Assembly (NCBI GenBank): GCA_016204005.1
Contig: JACQLS010000030.1
Span: forward strand, 25,952-89,951
Length of the DNA stretch: 64,000 nt
Source of the DNA: Parcubacteria group bacterium
GTDB taxonomy: Bacteria; Patescibacteriota; Minisyncoccia; Phycocordibacterales; UBA2135
Reading direction: 5' to 3'
Each line of letters begins with the position of its first letter. Position 1 is the stretch's first letter. The notes under the pieces are model-generated. The model was given only the letters and a program-made list of their open reading frames with translations, searched no databases and was not told where the DNA came from. The position numbers and the translations under genes were made by a program. Positions 1 through 9,800 of this stretch are shown piece after piece.

Positions 1-21
1 TTGACGTCACGCTATAACTTT

Positions 22-60
22 TAAAACACACCCTCCGCCTAAGGCGGAGGGTGTGTTTTA
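22..60. terminator. Intrinsic terminator-like hairpin
   Basis: TAAAACACACCCTCCGCC-TAA-GGCGGAGGGTGTGTTTTA perfect inverted repeat. Confidence 0.7.
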
Positions 61-110
61 ATATCAGCGCGTTGTTTTTAGTGTAAGAATATAGTACCTT
101 TGCCGTAGAA

Positions 111-1391
111 ATGACGCCAGAGATCCTCATGGATGCGCGATCAGAGGCTCGCTCGCTCAAACTTGCTGACTTCGATCTCTATCCGAAACGTGGCTTTCTT
201 GGAGAAGCAGATCCGCTAGAATTTTTTCAGGAAGATATCCGCGGGGCACATTGGCCATGGGTGCGAGAAGTCCAAGATGTTGCCAACGTTCTCCCCAAAT
301 TGTTAATAACGGACAAGGCGCGCAGATATATCACTGACCATATGGGAAGCATGTGGTCACCGCGGGATGGTGAGAGGATTATTGCGCTTTCGAGTTCAGC
401 GCAACATTGTCTCATGCGTACGGTCTCGTTTGTTGGGAACGCTTTTGTGCACGGTAGCATCACTGATATGTGGAGCGGAAAGGCAGAAGCACACATTCCA
501 GAATGGCTCGCCGTGCCATGGTGCCTCCTCGCAGATCAGTTGGGAACAACGCCAACGCTCTCGTACGCATGGTACGCGCTTCATAACTGGCGGCTTGCTG
601 ATCCAACGCAACCGATCTCTCTCGAAAACGTAATGCTCATCAACAATTTTTTTGGCGGGCTTGATGAAGAGGGATTTGTGAAAATCCATGTCGTCGTTGA
701 GGCGGCGTGGGCGCATCTTCCCGATGCTACACAGAGAGCACTCAAGGCTGTCTCCGATGATAATCCGAGAGAACTCGAAGACGCGCTTCTTGTTGTGCGG
801 GACGGGCAAAAAGCCGCCGTCGAAACTATGGGCAAGATGTGGCGGTGGTGTTCACCCAAGGTGTATTACGACCGCGTTCGTCTGCATATTGCCGGGTGGC
901 ACAATAACCCCGCGCTTCCCAATGGTGTCATGTATGAGGGTGTAGAAAAATTTGGAGGGAAGCCACAGCAGTTTGGTGGGGAGACTGGAGCGCAAAGCTC
1001 GGGCATCCCCCTTCAGTACGCTCTGCTTGATGTTCGCCATGAAGATGACATATTTCTCAAATATTTGCTTGGCATGCGCGCGCACATGCCAAGGGGGCAT
1101 CGGGCATTCATTGAAAAGGTAGAAGCATTGAGTCGGAATGGTCTTTCTATCCGTGAGTATGTCGATGCTCACCGGATCTCGAATCACTCGCTTCTTAGGG
1201 TTTATAGACAATGCCTCGCTGCACTTCTCGAGTTTCTCAACGTTCACTATCGATTTGTCGAGGAGTACATTGCGAAGCAAGAACAGACGCTTCCTTTCAA
1301 TACAACTAAGTATGGTACCGGTGGCACTCACGCCCTACCCTACTTGAAGAAGCATATCGATCGCATCGAAGCACTGGTAGAGGAAGTATAA
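111..1391 (+). CDS. Indoleamine 2,3-dioxygenase family heme protein
   Basis: NW..DP motif, RVRLHIAGW, GETGAQSS, MRAHMPRGH, proximal His in NVHYRFVEEYI, C-terminal GTGGT loop. Confidence 0.9.
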   Translation: MTPEILMDARSEARSLKLADFDLYPKRGFLGEADPLEFFQEDIRGAHWPWVREVQDVANVLPKLLITDKARRYITDHMGSMWSPRDGERIIALSSSAQHCLMRTVSFVGNAFVHGSITDMWSGKAEAHIPEWLAVPWCLLADQLGTTPTLSYAWYALHNWRLADPTQPISLENVMLINNFFGGLDEEGFVKIHVVVEAAWAHLPDATQRALKAVSDDNPRELEDALLVVRDGQKAAVETMGKMWRWCSPKVYYDRVRLHIAGWHNNPALPNGVMYEGVEKFGGKPQQFGGETGAQSSGIPLQYALLDVRHEDDIFLKYLLGMRAHMPRGHRAFIEKVEALSRNGLSIREYVDAHRISNHSLLRVYRQCLAALLEFLNVHYRFVEEYIAKQEQTLPFNTTKYGTGGTHALPYLKKHIDRIEALVEEV

Positions 1392-1397
1392 AGCAGT

Positions 1398-1423
1398 AAC
1401 CCACGGCATAGCCGTGGGTTTTT
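1398..1423 (+). terminator. Intrinsic terminator after IDO
   Basis: AACCCACGGC-ATA-GCCGTGGGTT followed by T-run. Confidence 0.75.
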
Positions 1424-1509
1424 ATTACAAAACGCCCCTTGAGTAAAAGCAACTTCTCTCATCGCTTCTCCACGATACAATGCCATAAGACTTTGACAGA
1501 GGAAATGCT

Positions 1510-2175
1510 ATGTCGCTCAAGAACATTTTGACAAAAGATGCGTGTCTTGAAGATCGCTACATTACCGATTATGGAGAGCTCGCGAAAGTCGTTGCCGACC
1601 TCAAAAGAATGGGATTTCGCATCGTGTTGGCTTCGGGTAGCTGGGACCTCTTCCACGAGGGACACGCTGAATATCTGGCATTAGCCAAGCAGCGCGGGGA
1701 TATCCTTGTCGTGGGTGTTGATAGCGATGAGAAAATCCGTAGACGCAAGGGTCCGCGTCGTCCCATTGTTGGAGAAGAAGAACGGATTCGTATTCTTTCT
1801 CACGTACGCCACGTTGATATTATTGTGCTCAAGAACTCGGATCATCCGAAACATCATCTGTTAAAGACCGTAAGGCCAGACGTACTCATCATTTCAGAAT
1901 CGACAGGGCATGAAGAGGGTGATATTGAAAGCGCGAAGGCACACTGCGGTGAGGTATTTTTGGTTCCCCCGCAGTCGACGACCTCAACGACTGCTAAGGT
2001 GCGCCTGCTTCATGTCATGGGTCAAGAAGACTTGGTTAGCCGCGTGGAACCTGCCCTCGAAGCTCTTCTCCGAACAAAACTGGTTGAAAATGCTCCAGCA
2101 CTCGCGCAACTCCTTGCTCCGGATGTCGTAGGGTTGTTGCGGCAAGGAGTTATCGGCGAGAGGGAGAAAAAGTAA
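1510..2175 (+). CDS. Cytidylyl/adenylyltransferase (RfaE domain II / TagD-like HxGH family)
   Basis: SGSWDLFHEGH, LVVGVDSD, KGPRRPI, ERIRIL, STT motif; GAGGA RBS. Confidence 0.85.
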   Translation: MSLKNILTKDACLEDRYITDYGELAKVVADLKRMGFRIVLASGSWDLFHEGHAEYLALAKQRGDILVVGVDSDEKIRRRKGPRRPIVGEEERIRILSHVRHVDIIVLKNSDHPKHHLLKTVRPDVLIISESTGHEEGDIESAKAHCGEVFLVPPQSTTSTTAKVRLLHVMGQEDLVSRVEPALEALLRTKLVENAPALAQLLAPDVVGLLRQGVIGEREKK

Positions 2176-3020
2176 TGCGAAAGGTAATCATCGCCTACGT
2201 TCCCGTACTTCACAGCGGCTATATCAAGCTGTTTAGGGCAGAGGGCGCCGAGGATCTCTATATTATCGGCGAAAAGCTTCTTAAGGAACTTTCGGATTTC
2301 GATTATCTTGTTAGGAAAGACAAATTGCGCGCGCTTGAGACCTACGAGGTCTGCCTTGCGGTGACACCGCTCTGTTTGTTTGAGAATGTCTACGTCCTTG
2401 AAGATGTTAATGAGCTTAAGAAAGCAGGCGATCTTCTTATCGTCATGCCAGATGAGGACATTTCTCGAGCGATTGCGAACACCTATTTTCCTGATCGACA
2501 GGTAGAGTTCCGTCCGATTTTCCTCCGATGGCATCGAGACAATGTTGCCGAGAAGCAAAGTGTTGCAGTGCATCGCGCGCTTCCCGTCACCACATTTGAT
2601 GAAGAGATTATGCGGCGCGCCTTCAAAGAAGGGGAAAGAAGTTTCGATTGGTGGCGGCAGATTGGCGGCATTATCGTGAAAGACGGAGAAGTTGTTCTTG
2701 TTGCTCACAATGCTCATGTTCCTGAAGAGCAGATGCCAAACATTGTGGGCGATCCTCGAAGCATCTTTAAGCGAGGCATTAACCTCGACCTTTCCACGGC
2801 CGATCACGCAGAAGCTGTTTTGATCGGAGAGGCAGCGCGTCGCGGTATTCCGCTTGAAGGAGCGTGGTTGTATTCAACCGATTTTCCTTGCCCGCCATGT
2901 GCGAAGCTCATCGCTCGTTCGGGTATTAAGCGCTGCTACTTTAGTAACGGATACGCTGTGCTTGATGGTGAAGCTGTATTGAAAGCGAGTGGCACCGAGC
3001 TCATTCATATTTCTGTCTAA
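2175..3020 (+). CDS. dCMP-deaminase-like Zn deaminase with N-terminal extra domain
   Basis: HAE and PCPPC Zn motifs, SGIKR; start overlaps upstream stop (TAATG). Confidence 0.85.
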   Translation: MRKVIIAYVPVLHSGYIKLFRAEGAEDLYIIGEKLLKELSDFDYLVRKDKLRALETYEVCLAVTPLCLFENVYVLEDVNELKKAGDLLIVMPDEDISRAIANTYFPDRQVEFRPIFLRWHRDNVAEKQSVAVHRALPVTTFDEEIMRRAFKEGERSFDWWRQIGGIIVKDGEVVLVAHNAHVPEEQMPNIVGDPRSIFKRGINLDLSTADHAEAVLIGEAARRGIPLEGAWLYSTDFPCPPCAKLIARSGIKRCYFSNGYAVLDGEAVLKASGTELIHISV

Positions 3021-3022
3021 TT

Positions 3023-3048
3023 AAAACCCCGAGTTAATCGGGGTTTTT
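3023..3048. terminator. Bidirectional terminator between convergent operons
   Basis: AAAACCCCGA-GTTAA-TCGGGGTTTTT. Confidence 0.75.
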
Positions 3049-4029
3049 CTATGCTTCGTAATATCCAGCTGCTACTTTGATCTTTTGCGCGCCCTCTGTT
3101 CTCGGCGCTCCGACAATAAGGTGCGCGTGAAGGTGCATTACGGTGGCGCATGTGTGGCTTGTATCGCCGAAACGAAAGACAAGTGTGGCGCCCGGTATTC
3201 CAAATGTCGCCGTAATCCAATTCACGTGCTCCATAAGTTCGACAAACGCTTGCGGTCTCATTTCGGCAAGCGTCGTTATATGTTCCTTATGGATAAAGAG
3301 AAAATGCAGTTTTGTTCCCCAGTAGGGATAGTCGTTTTTGGTGACAAACCAGTGTTCACCTTCGCGAATAATCGGTTCACGATGGTATTTCCGTAGGTTG
3401 TCTTCTCCGCAGAAAGGACATACGCCATCCTTTTTTACTTGCGCATAGACATCCTCTTGTCCCTGGCGCAATTGTGTCATGTCTACGAATGTCTCGGACG
3501 CCGTGTCTGCTGTCTTTGTCGGCGACTTCCGCTCGTAGAGAATCAATGTCGCCTTATGCTCGTTTTTCTCATATCGGTTCGAAAATTCAGCACGATACGC
3601 AACACTCCATTCGGATAATTCGAGCTCCGGGAAGAACGCATCTCCCTCGGGTTTCGCATGGACTAGGGTGTAGTATACGCGCGTTACGTACGGCAGGAGG
3701 AGCTTGTATATCTCTCCACCGCCGATAACAAACACCTCTTTCGCCACATCCTTGATAAGGACAAAGAGTTCATCAAGTGAGTGCACGACCGTACATCCAG
3801 GAGCAGTAAATGTCTTTTCCCGCGCGAGTACAATATTTGTTCTCTTGGGAAGTGGTTTTCCCAACTTCGCAACAATTGATTCGTATGTCTTTCGCCCCAT
3901 GACAACAGTGTGGCCCATCGTGAGCTTCCGGAAGTGCGCGAGATCATCTGGAATGTCCCACGGGATTTTTCCTTTATTACCGATACAGCGATTTTCTGCT
4001 GCAGCAACGACGATCGAGAATCTCTTCAT
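3049..4029 (-). CDS. folA: Dihydrofolate reductase fused to C-terminal HIT-family domain
   Basis: IG..G.IPW, MGRKTYES, LPKRTNIVL, IGGGEIY, GDAFFP; then CPFC, NDYPY, HLHAH histidine triad; GGAGGA RBS. Confidence 0.9.
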   Translation of the reverse strand: MKRFSIVVAAAENRCIGNKGKIPWDIPDDLAHFRKLTMGHTVVMGRKTYESIVAKLGKPLPKRTNIVLAREKTFTAPGCTVVHSLDELFVLIKDVAKEVFVIGGGEIYKLLLPYVTRVYYTLVHAKPEGDAFFPELELSEWSVAYRAEFSNRYEKNEHKATLILYERKSPTKTADTASETFVDMTQLRQGQEDVYAQVKKDGVCPFCGEDNLRKYHREPIIREGEHWFVTKNDYPYWGTKLHFLFIHKEHITTLAEMRPQAFVELMEHVNWITATFGIPGATLVFRFGDTSHTCATVMHLHAHLIVGAPRTEGAQKIKVAAGYYEA

Positions 4030-4038
4030 TTTTCCTCC

Positions 4039-4965
4039 TTAGACTGGCGTGTCAATTTTGTGCGGCGGAAGTTGCGGGTGGTAATCTTCCACCTTGAAAT
4101 GCTCGCCACGGAAATCAAAGAAGTTCTTTACGCCGGGGTCGGCCGTTACCGTTGGAAACCGCTCGGCTTGTGTTGCCCCAAGGAACCCCTCTACATCCCT
4201 GATTTGTCTGCGGTAGATGTGGGCGTCTTTGATGATGTACACAACCTTGTCGATGCTATAGCCAGTTTCTGCCGACAACATGAGCGGAAGAATAATACCG
4301 TGTTGGAAGAGATTGAAAGCAAGCCCCACGGGCGCGTCACAACTCCATTGCGTGTGAATATACGTACCGCGACCTGTTTTGGTATCGATGCGGATCATCA
4401 TGTCGCCATGACACGGCACCACCACCACCTTCTGTTGTCTGCCAGTGAGTCGGTAGCAGTATTGCGGGACCCACGGAATTGCCTGGTGGGTACGCAATTC
4501 AGGCCGCTCTTTGATTTGCTGAAGCATTGCCTTAATCTGGTCAAAAGAAGTTCCGTCGCTCATTGGGAAACTGCGATATGCAGGTCCGTATGACCCAGGC
4601 CCCAAATCACCAGGGGGAAGGCCGCGCTTTGCGCACTTCTCGGGAGTTACCCACGGTGCCCACCAGGGGCAGCCGAACGCCTTTAGTTCCTCATGGGTCC
4701 GCGCGCCGTGCATGAAGGCAATGATTTCCCCAGTACCCATTGAGAAGCCCGAACGTCCGGTCTTCGGGTTGGGTGTAACGATATCCCGTTCTGTGACAAG
4801 GGGTGCTCCGTTCGAGAGATCAAATTCCATGACGTGGCCAAAGATCGTAAGGCGTTCCTCATCCATTCCTGACGGCATCCATTTGCCATCCCGCAGAATT
4901 CGATACAGTAGAGTGCGGTATTGCGCATCAGGCGTACGTTTGTCAAAAGGAAGCATATCAATCAT
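4039..4965 (-). CDS. thyA: Divergent thymidylate synthase (ThyA family)
   Basis: PLVTER, DLGPGSYG, DQI, catalytic PCH, SCD.PVGLAFN, DAHIY; start set at ATG 4965 behind GGAG. Confidence 0.85.
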   Translation of the reverse strand: MIDMLPFDKRTPDAQYRTLLYRILRDGKWMPSGMDEERLTIFGHVMEFDLSNGAPLVTERDIVTPNPKTGRSGFSMGTGEIIAFMHGARTHEELKAFGCPWWAPWVTPEKCAKRGLPPGDLGPGSYGPAYRSFPMSDGTSFDQIKAMLQQIKERPELRTHQAIPWVPQYCYRLTGRQQKVVVVPCHGDMMIRIDTKTGRGTYIHTQWSCDAPVGLAFNLFQHGIILPLMLSAETGYSIDKVVYIIKDAHIYRRQIRDVEGFLGATQAERFPTVTADPGVKNFFDFRGEHFKVEDYHPQLPPHKIDTPV

Positions 4966-5081
4966 TCTTCGCTCCACTTCGCAGGTCTTCCCACAGCGTA
5001 TGTTTTTTTGGAATAAGGTCAAGTGCCATGTTTTCGTCTGTCGCGGGAGTTGATGGTATGATGGTACTATCTGACGTATTC

Positions 5082-6740
5082 ATGATTCAGAATAAACTCA
5101 AAAACTTGATCAAGGGGGTGATAACAGAACTCGGCATAGAGGCCGAGGATATTCACCTCGAGCATCCGGCAGAGCTTGCGCACGGAGATTACTCAACCAA
5201 TGTCGCAATGGCAGCGGCGAAGATGGCAAAGGTAAACCCAAAAGCATTGGCAGAAAAAATTGCCGCAAAATTGAATGAGAAAAAAGATGAGGATATCGCA
5301 AAAATAGAAGTTGCGGGCCCCGGGTTCATCAACCTCCATCTTTCTTCGTCCTTTTTCGGAAAAAGCATGGGAGAAGCTGTCTCAGAAGGAGACAGTTGGG
5401 GGAGAAACAAGGCATATGAGGGGAAGAAGGTCATGGTGGAATACACTGACCCGAATCCGTTTAAGGAGTTTCATATCGGGCACCTCATGTCGAACGCAAT
5501 CGGCGAGTCCATCGCGCAGCTTATTGAGTTCGGTGGCGCGAAGGTGAAGCGGGCAAACTGGCAGGGTGATGTTGGTCCCCATGTTGCGAAAGCTCTTTGG
5601 GGTAAAATGCAAAAGCCAGGATTGGGTTGGGGAGAGGCGTATGCGTATGGCGCAGGCGAGTACGATGCGCACAAAGAAGAGATAGATACGATAAACCAAA
5701 AGGTGTACGCCAAAAGCGATAGCGCGATAAATGCTTTGTATGATGAAGGCCGCGCAGAATCACTTAAGCGTTTTGAGGAACTATACAAAACACTCGGCAC
5801 GACATTTGACCACTACTTTTTTGAAGGGAAGGAGGGGCTCTTGGGCAAACCAATAGTCGAGGAGTTTTTGAAAAAAGGTGTCTTTGAAGAAAGTGATGGT
5901 GCCGTTGTTTTCAAGGGAGAGAAGTACAATCTTCACACGCGTGTCTTCCTCACGTCGCGTGGTTTGCCCACCTACGAGGCAAAAGAGCTTGGCCTCAACA
6001 AGACAAAGTTTGAAGTGGAACCCGATTTAGACGCTTCAATCATAGTGACTGCAAACGAGCAAACTGATTACTTTAGGGTTGTGCTCAAAGTCATGGAGCT
6101 TATTTTCCCGGAGATTGCCTCCAAGACGACGCATATTGCCCACGGCGTGATGAAATTCGCCTCCGGAAAAATGTCCTCGCGTAAAGGGAATGTTGTTACC
6201 GGCGAATCGCTTCTCTTGGGACTAGAAAAACTCGCGGAACAGAAAATTAATGAAGGCGGGCGTACGGGAGATACCGCTGAGAATCTTGCAGAGGTAGTAG
6301 CCGTGGGCGCCATTAAATACTCGATTCTCAAACAAAATACAGGACGCGACATTGTGTTTGATCCAGAACAGTCGCTTTCTTTTGAAGGAGATTCTGGCCC
6401 CTATCTTCAATACACACATGCGCGGGCGCGCTCCATTTTACGCAAGGCAGAGGAACGCGGCATAGAGCCGCGCGCAGAGGAGAGAGCGGTTGGCGATGTA
6501 GAAAGAATGCTTTATCGCTTCCCTGAAGTTGTAGCGCGTGCATCCAAGGAATACGAGCCACACTATGTAACGACGTACCTTACAGAACTTGCTGGTGCGT
6601 TTAATACATTCTACGCGAAGGAGCGTATTTTAGATGCGGGAGAAGACGCGCCATACCGCGTGTTGCTCACCGAGGCAGTGGCGGTCACGCTTAAAAATGG
6701 CCTCCACCTTTTGGGCATCAAAGCCCCAGAGGTCATGTAA
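5082..6740 (+). CDS. argS: Arginine--tRNA ligase
   Basis: HGDYSTN, AGPGFIN, PNPFKEFHIGH, KMSSRKGN, FEGDSGPYLQYTHAR; start moved to ATG 5082. Confidence 0.97.
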   Translation: MIQNKLKNLIKGVITELGIEAEDIHLEHPAELAHGDYSTNVAMAAAKMAKVNPKALAEKIAAKLNEKKDEDIAKIEVAGPGFINLHLSSSFFGKSMGEAVSEGDSWGRNKAYEGKKVMVEYTDPNPFKEFHIGHLMSNAIGESIAQLIEFGGAKVKRANWQGDVGPHVAKALWGKMQKPGLGWGEAYAYGAGEYDAHKEEIDTINQKVYAKSDSAINALYDEGRAESLKRFEELYKTLGTTFDHYFFEGKEGLLGKPIVEEFLKKGVFEESDGAVVFKGEKYNLHTRVFLTSRGLPTYEAKELGLNKTKFEVEPDLDASIIVTANEQTDYFRVVLKVMELIFPEIASKTTHIAHGVMKFASGKMSSRKGNVVTGESLLLGLEKLAEQKINEGGRTGDTAENLAEVVAVGAIKYSILKQNTGRDIVFDPEQSLSFEGDSGPYLQYTHARARSILRKAEERGIEPRAEERAVGDVERMLYRFPEVVARASKEYEPHYVTTYLTELAGAFNTFYAKERILDAGEDAPYRVLLTEAVAVTLKNGLHLLGIKAPEVM

Positions 6741-6796
6741 AGGATCGGACATATCTTGAAAAAATATTGCAACGGTAGGCCTAAAACAAGGCCTTT

Positions 6797-6830
6797 TTGT
6801 GTAATGTCTAAAAATTGGTACTATTTGACT
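6797..6830 (+). promoter_or_regulatory. Sigma70-type promoter, leaderless ileS
   Basis: TG-G-TACTAT (6816-6824) six nt before ATG 6831. Confidence 0.55.
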
Positions 6831-9800
6831 ATGTCTGACGAGCAAAATTCTCAAAAAAAGAGCGTAGCCGATCTTGAAAGGGAAATACTTCGCTTTTGGC
6901 GGGATAATAAGATTTTTGAGAAATCTCTTGCCAAGAAATCCCCCAAGGGTGAGTATACTTTTTACGATGGCCCTCCGTTCGCGAATGGGCTTCCCCACTA
7001 TGGGCACATTCTCGCCGGTGTCCTGAAAGATGCAATACCGCGTTTTCAGACGATGCGTGGATACCACGTTGCCCGTCGCTGGGGATGGGACTGCCACGGC
7101 CTTCCTGTTGAATACGAGATTGAAAAAGAGCTCGGATTAAAAACAAAGCGCGAGATTGAGGAGTATGGTATCCAGAACTTCAACAAGAAAGCGCGCGAAG
7201 CAATCATGCGTTATGCGGATGACTGGCGGCAGATCATCCCTAAAACAGGACGCTGGGTGGATATGGATCGCGACTACCGTACGATGGATTCTTCCTATAC
7301 CGAATCCGTATGGTGGATATTTAAGTCACTGTACGACAAGGGTCTCGTATATGAGGGGTTCAAGCCGATGCATTTGTGTCCCCGCTGTGAGACAACACTC
7401 TCAAACTTCGAGGTGAGTCAGGGGTACAAAGACATCACCGACATTACCGTCACAGTGCGATTACCGCTCAGTAAGGAGAAAAACACTTCTCTTCTGGTGT
7501 GGACGACTACTCCTTGGACACTCCCCGGAAACATGGCGGCTGCTGTAAACCCAAGCGTCGTCTATGCTAAATATCGTCTCTCTGATCCAGTTGAAGAGTT
7601 TGTCATTATTGCCAAAGATCGAGGGGAGGAAATCCTCAAGGATAAAAAGTATGAGATTGTTGAAGAGTTTATGGGGAATACGCTTGTTGGTCGTGCCTAT
7701 GAGCCGCCATTTTCGTACTACAAAGACGCGCCGCTTAAACACAAGGGAAATGCTTGGAAGGTATATGGAGCGGATTTTGTAACGACGACTGACGGCACAG
7801 GCATTGTGCATATAGCGCCAGCGTTCGGAGAAGACGACCTCAACCTCGCAAAAGAAAACGACATACCGGTTGTGCACCACGTTGGTACCGATGGCAAGTT
7901 TAAGAAAGAAGTTGCAGATTTTGTAGGTGAAAGCGTGAAGCCCGCCAATGATTTGCAAGCCACCGATGTACTCATCCTTAAAAACCTATCTTCTCGAGGA
8001 CTCCTTTTTGCAAAAGAGAAGATACAACACCCATACCCACATTGTTGGCGGTGCGATACTCCACTTTTGAACTACGCGGCAAGCTCATGGTTTGTGCAAG
8101 TCACTGCGATCAAAGACGCATTGGTGAGCGCAAATAAAAAAATATCGTGGGTTCCATCCGACATACGCGATGGGAGATTTGGTAAATGGCTTCTGGGCGC
8201 GCGCGATTGGGCAGTCTCGCGCTCACGTTTTTGGGGAGCGCCAATTCCCGCATGGCGGTGCCAAAAATGTGAACGTGTAGAGATTATCGGATCACTCTCC
8301 GAACTTCAGGAAAGAAGCGCTGATTCAGGCAACACATTCTTTTTAATGCGGCACGGCGAGGCGCGTAGTAATAAGGAGGGGTTTGTGAGTGCCTCAGTGA
8401 GTGCGCGCAACAACCTTACAGAAAAAGGGAAAAGGGAGGTTGATAAAGCCGCGAAATTTTTGCGGCGGCAATCGATCGATCTCATCATCGCTTCTCCGCT
8501 CGAGCGCACAAAAGAAACAGCGTTTCGGACGGCGAAAAACCTCGGATTAAAGAAAGACAAAGTCATTTTCTCGGACCTCATCCGCGAAACGGGCGTTGGC
8601 GTTTTTGAAGGTAAGCCGATTTCAGAATGGCAATCCCAGTTCTCTTCTTTGGAAGACAAATTCAAAATACGTCCCCAGGGAGGTGAGCATATCAATGATA
8701 TAAAGAGCCGAATTATCCCGTTCCTATATGAAACGGATCGCAAGTACACGAAAAAGAATATTCTCATTGTTTCGCATGCTGATCCGCTTTGGGCTCTTTA
8801 CATGGGGGCGCTTGGATATACGGAAAAGCAGGCAATTGAGGTTCATGGTAGGAAAAAGGATTTTATAAAAACAGCAGAAGTAAAAAAACTTGATTTTGCT
8901 CCGTTACCACACGATGAAGCATACACGCTCGATCTCCATCGCCCCTACATCGACGAGTTGAAGTTTAAATGTCTTTGCGGCGGTAAGATGAAGCGTGTTC
9001 CCGAAGTCTTCGACTGTTGGTTCGAGTCTGGAGCCATGCCCTATGGGCAAATGCACTATCCGTTTGAAAATAAGGACATCTTTGACCCAGAAAAGCAACG
9101 AGGATTCCCCGCGCACTTCATTGCGGAAGGGCTCGATCAGACGAGGGGGTGGTTCTATTCCCTCCTGGTCCTTGGGGTTGCGCTCTTTGGAGAGCCAACC
9201 TATAAGAACGTCATCACGAACGGCCTTGTACTCGCAGAAGACGGGCGGAAGATGTCAAAACGGTTAAAAAATTACCCAGAACCGACTGATGTAATAGAGA
9301 AGTACGGCGCAGACGCTTTGCGATTTTACCTCCTTTCCTCACCTGTTGTCCGAGCGGAAGACCTTCGTTTTAGCGAGGAAGGCGTTCGGGAAATACAAAA
9401 CAAGGTAATGAGCCGGCTTCGCAACGTCGTGTCTTTCTATCACATGTATGCTGGAGATACGTCGGATGGCGGAAGTGTTCCGAAATCAAATAACGTGCTC
9501 GACACGTGGGTGAGGGTCCGTCTCACCGAGGTGGTCAATAAAGTCACCGAGGCAATGGAGCAGTACGAGCTCGACAAGGCCGTTCGTCCACTCGCCGAGT
9601 TCATTGACGATCTCTCGACGTGGTATCTTCGCAGATCGCGTGACCGCTTTAAGTCAAAAGACGAGAGTGATAGGAAGAACGCGGTAGCGACAACGCGCTA
9701 CGTTTTAGTGGAGACAGCAAAGCTCATCGCTCCCTTCGCACCTTTTGTTGCGGAAGAAGTGTATCGCTCATTGTCTCCGAATGTGGAAAGTGTACATCTT

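Noticed and set aside
2022-4593. Long antisense ORFs (2022-2807, 3910-4593) and similar shadows over rpsL-rpsG, fusA, rplE, ftsH and others
   Set aside because: They lie opposite well-supported genes and have no recognisable motifs.
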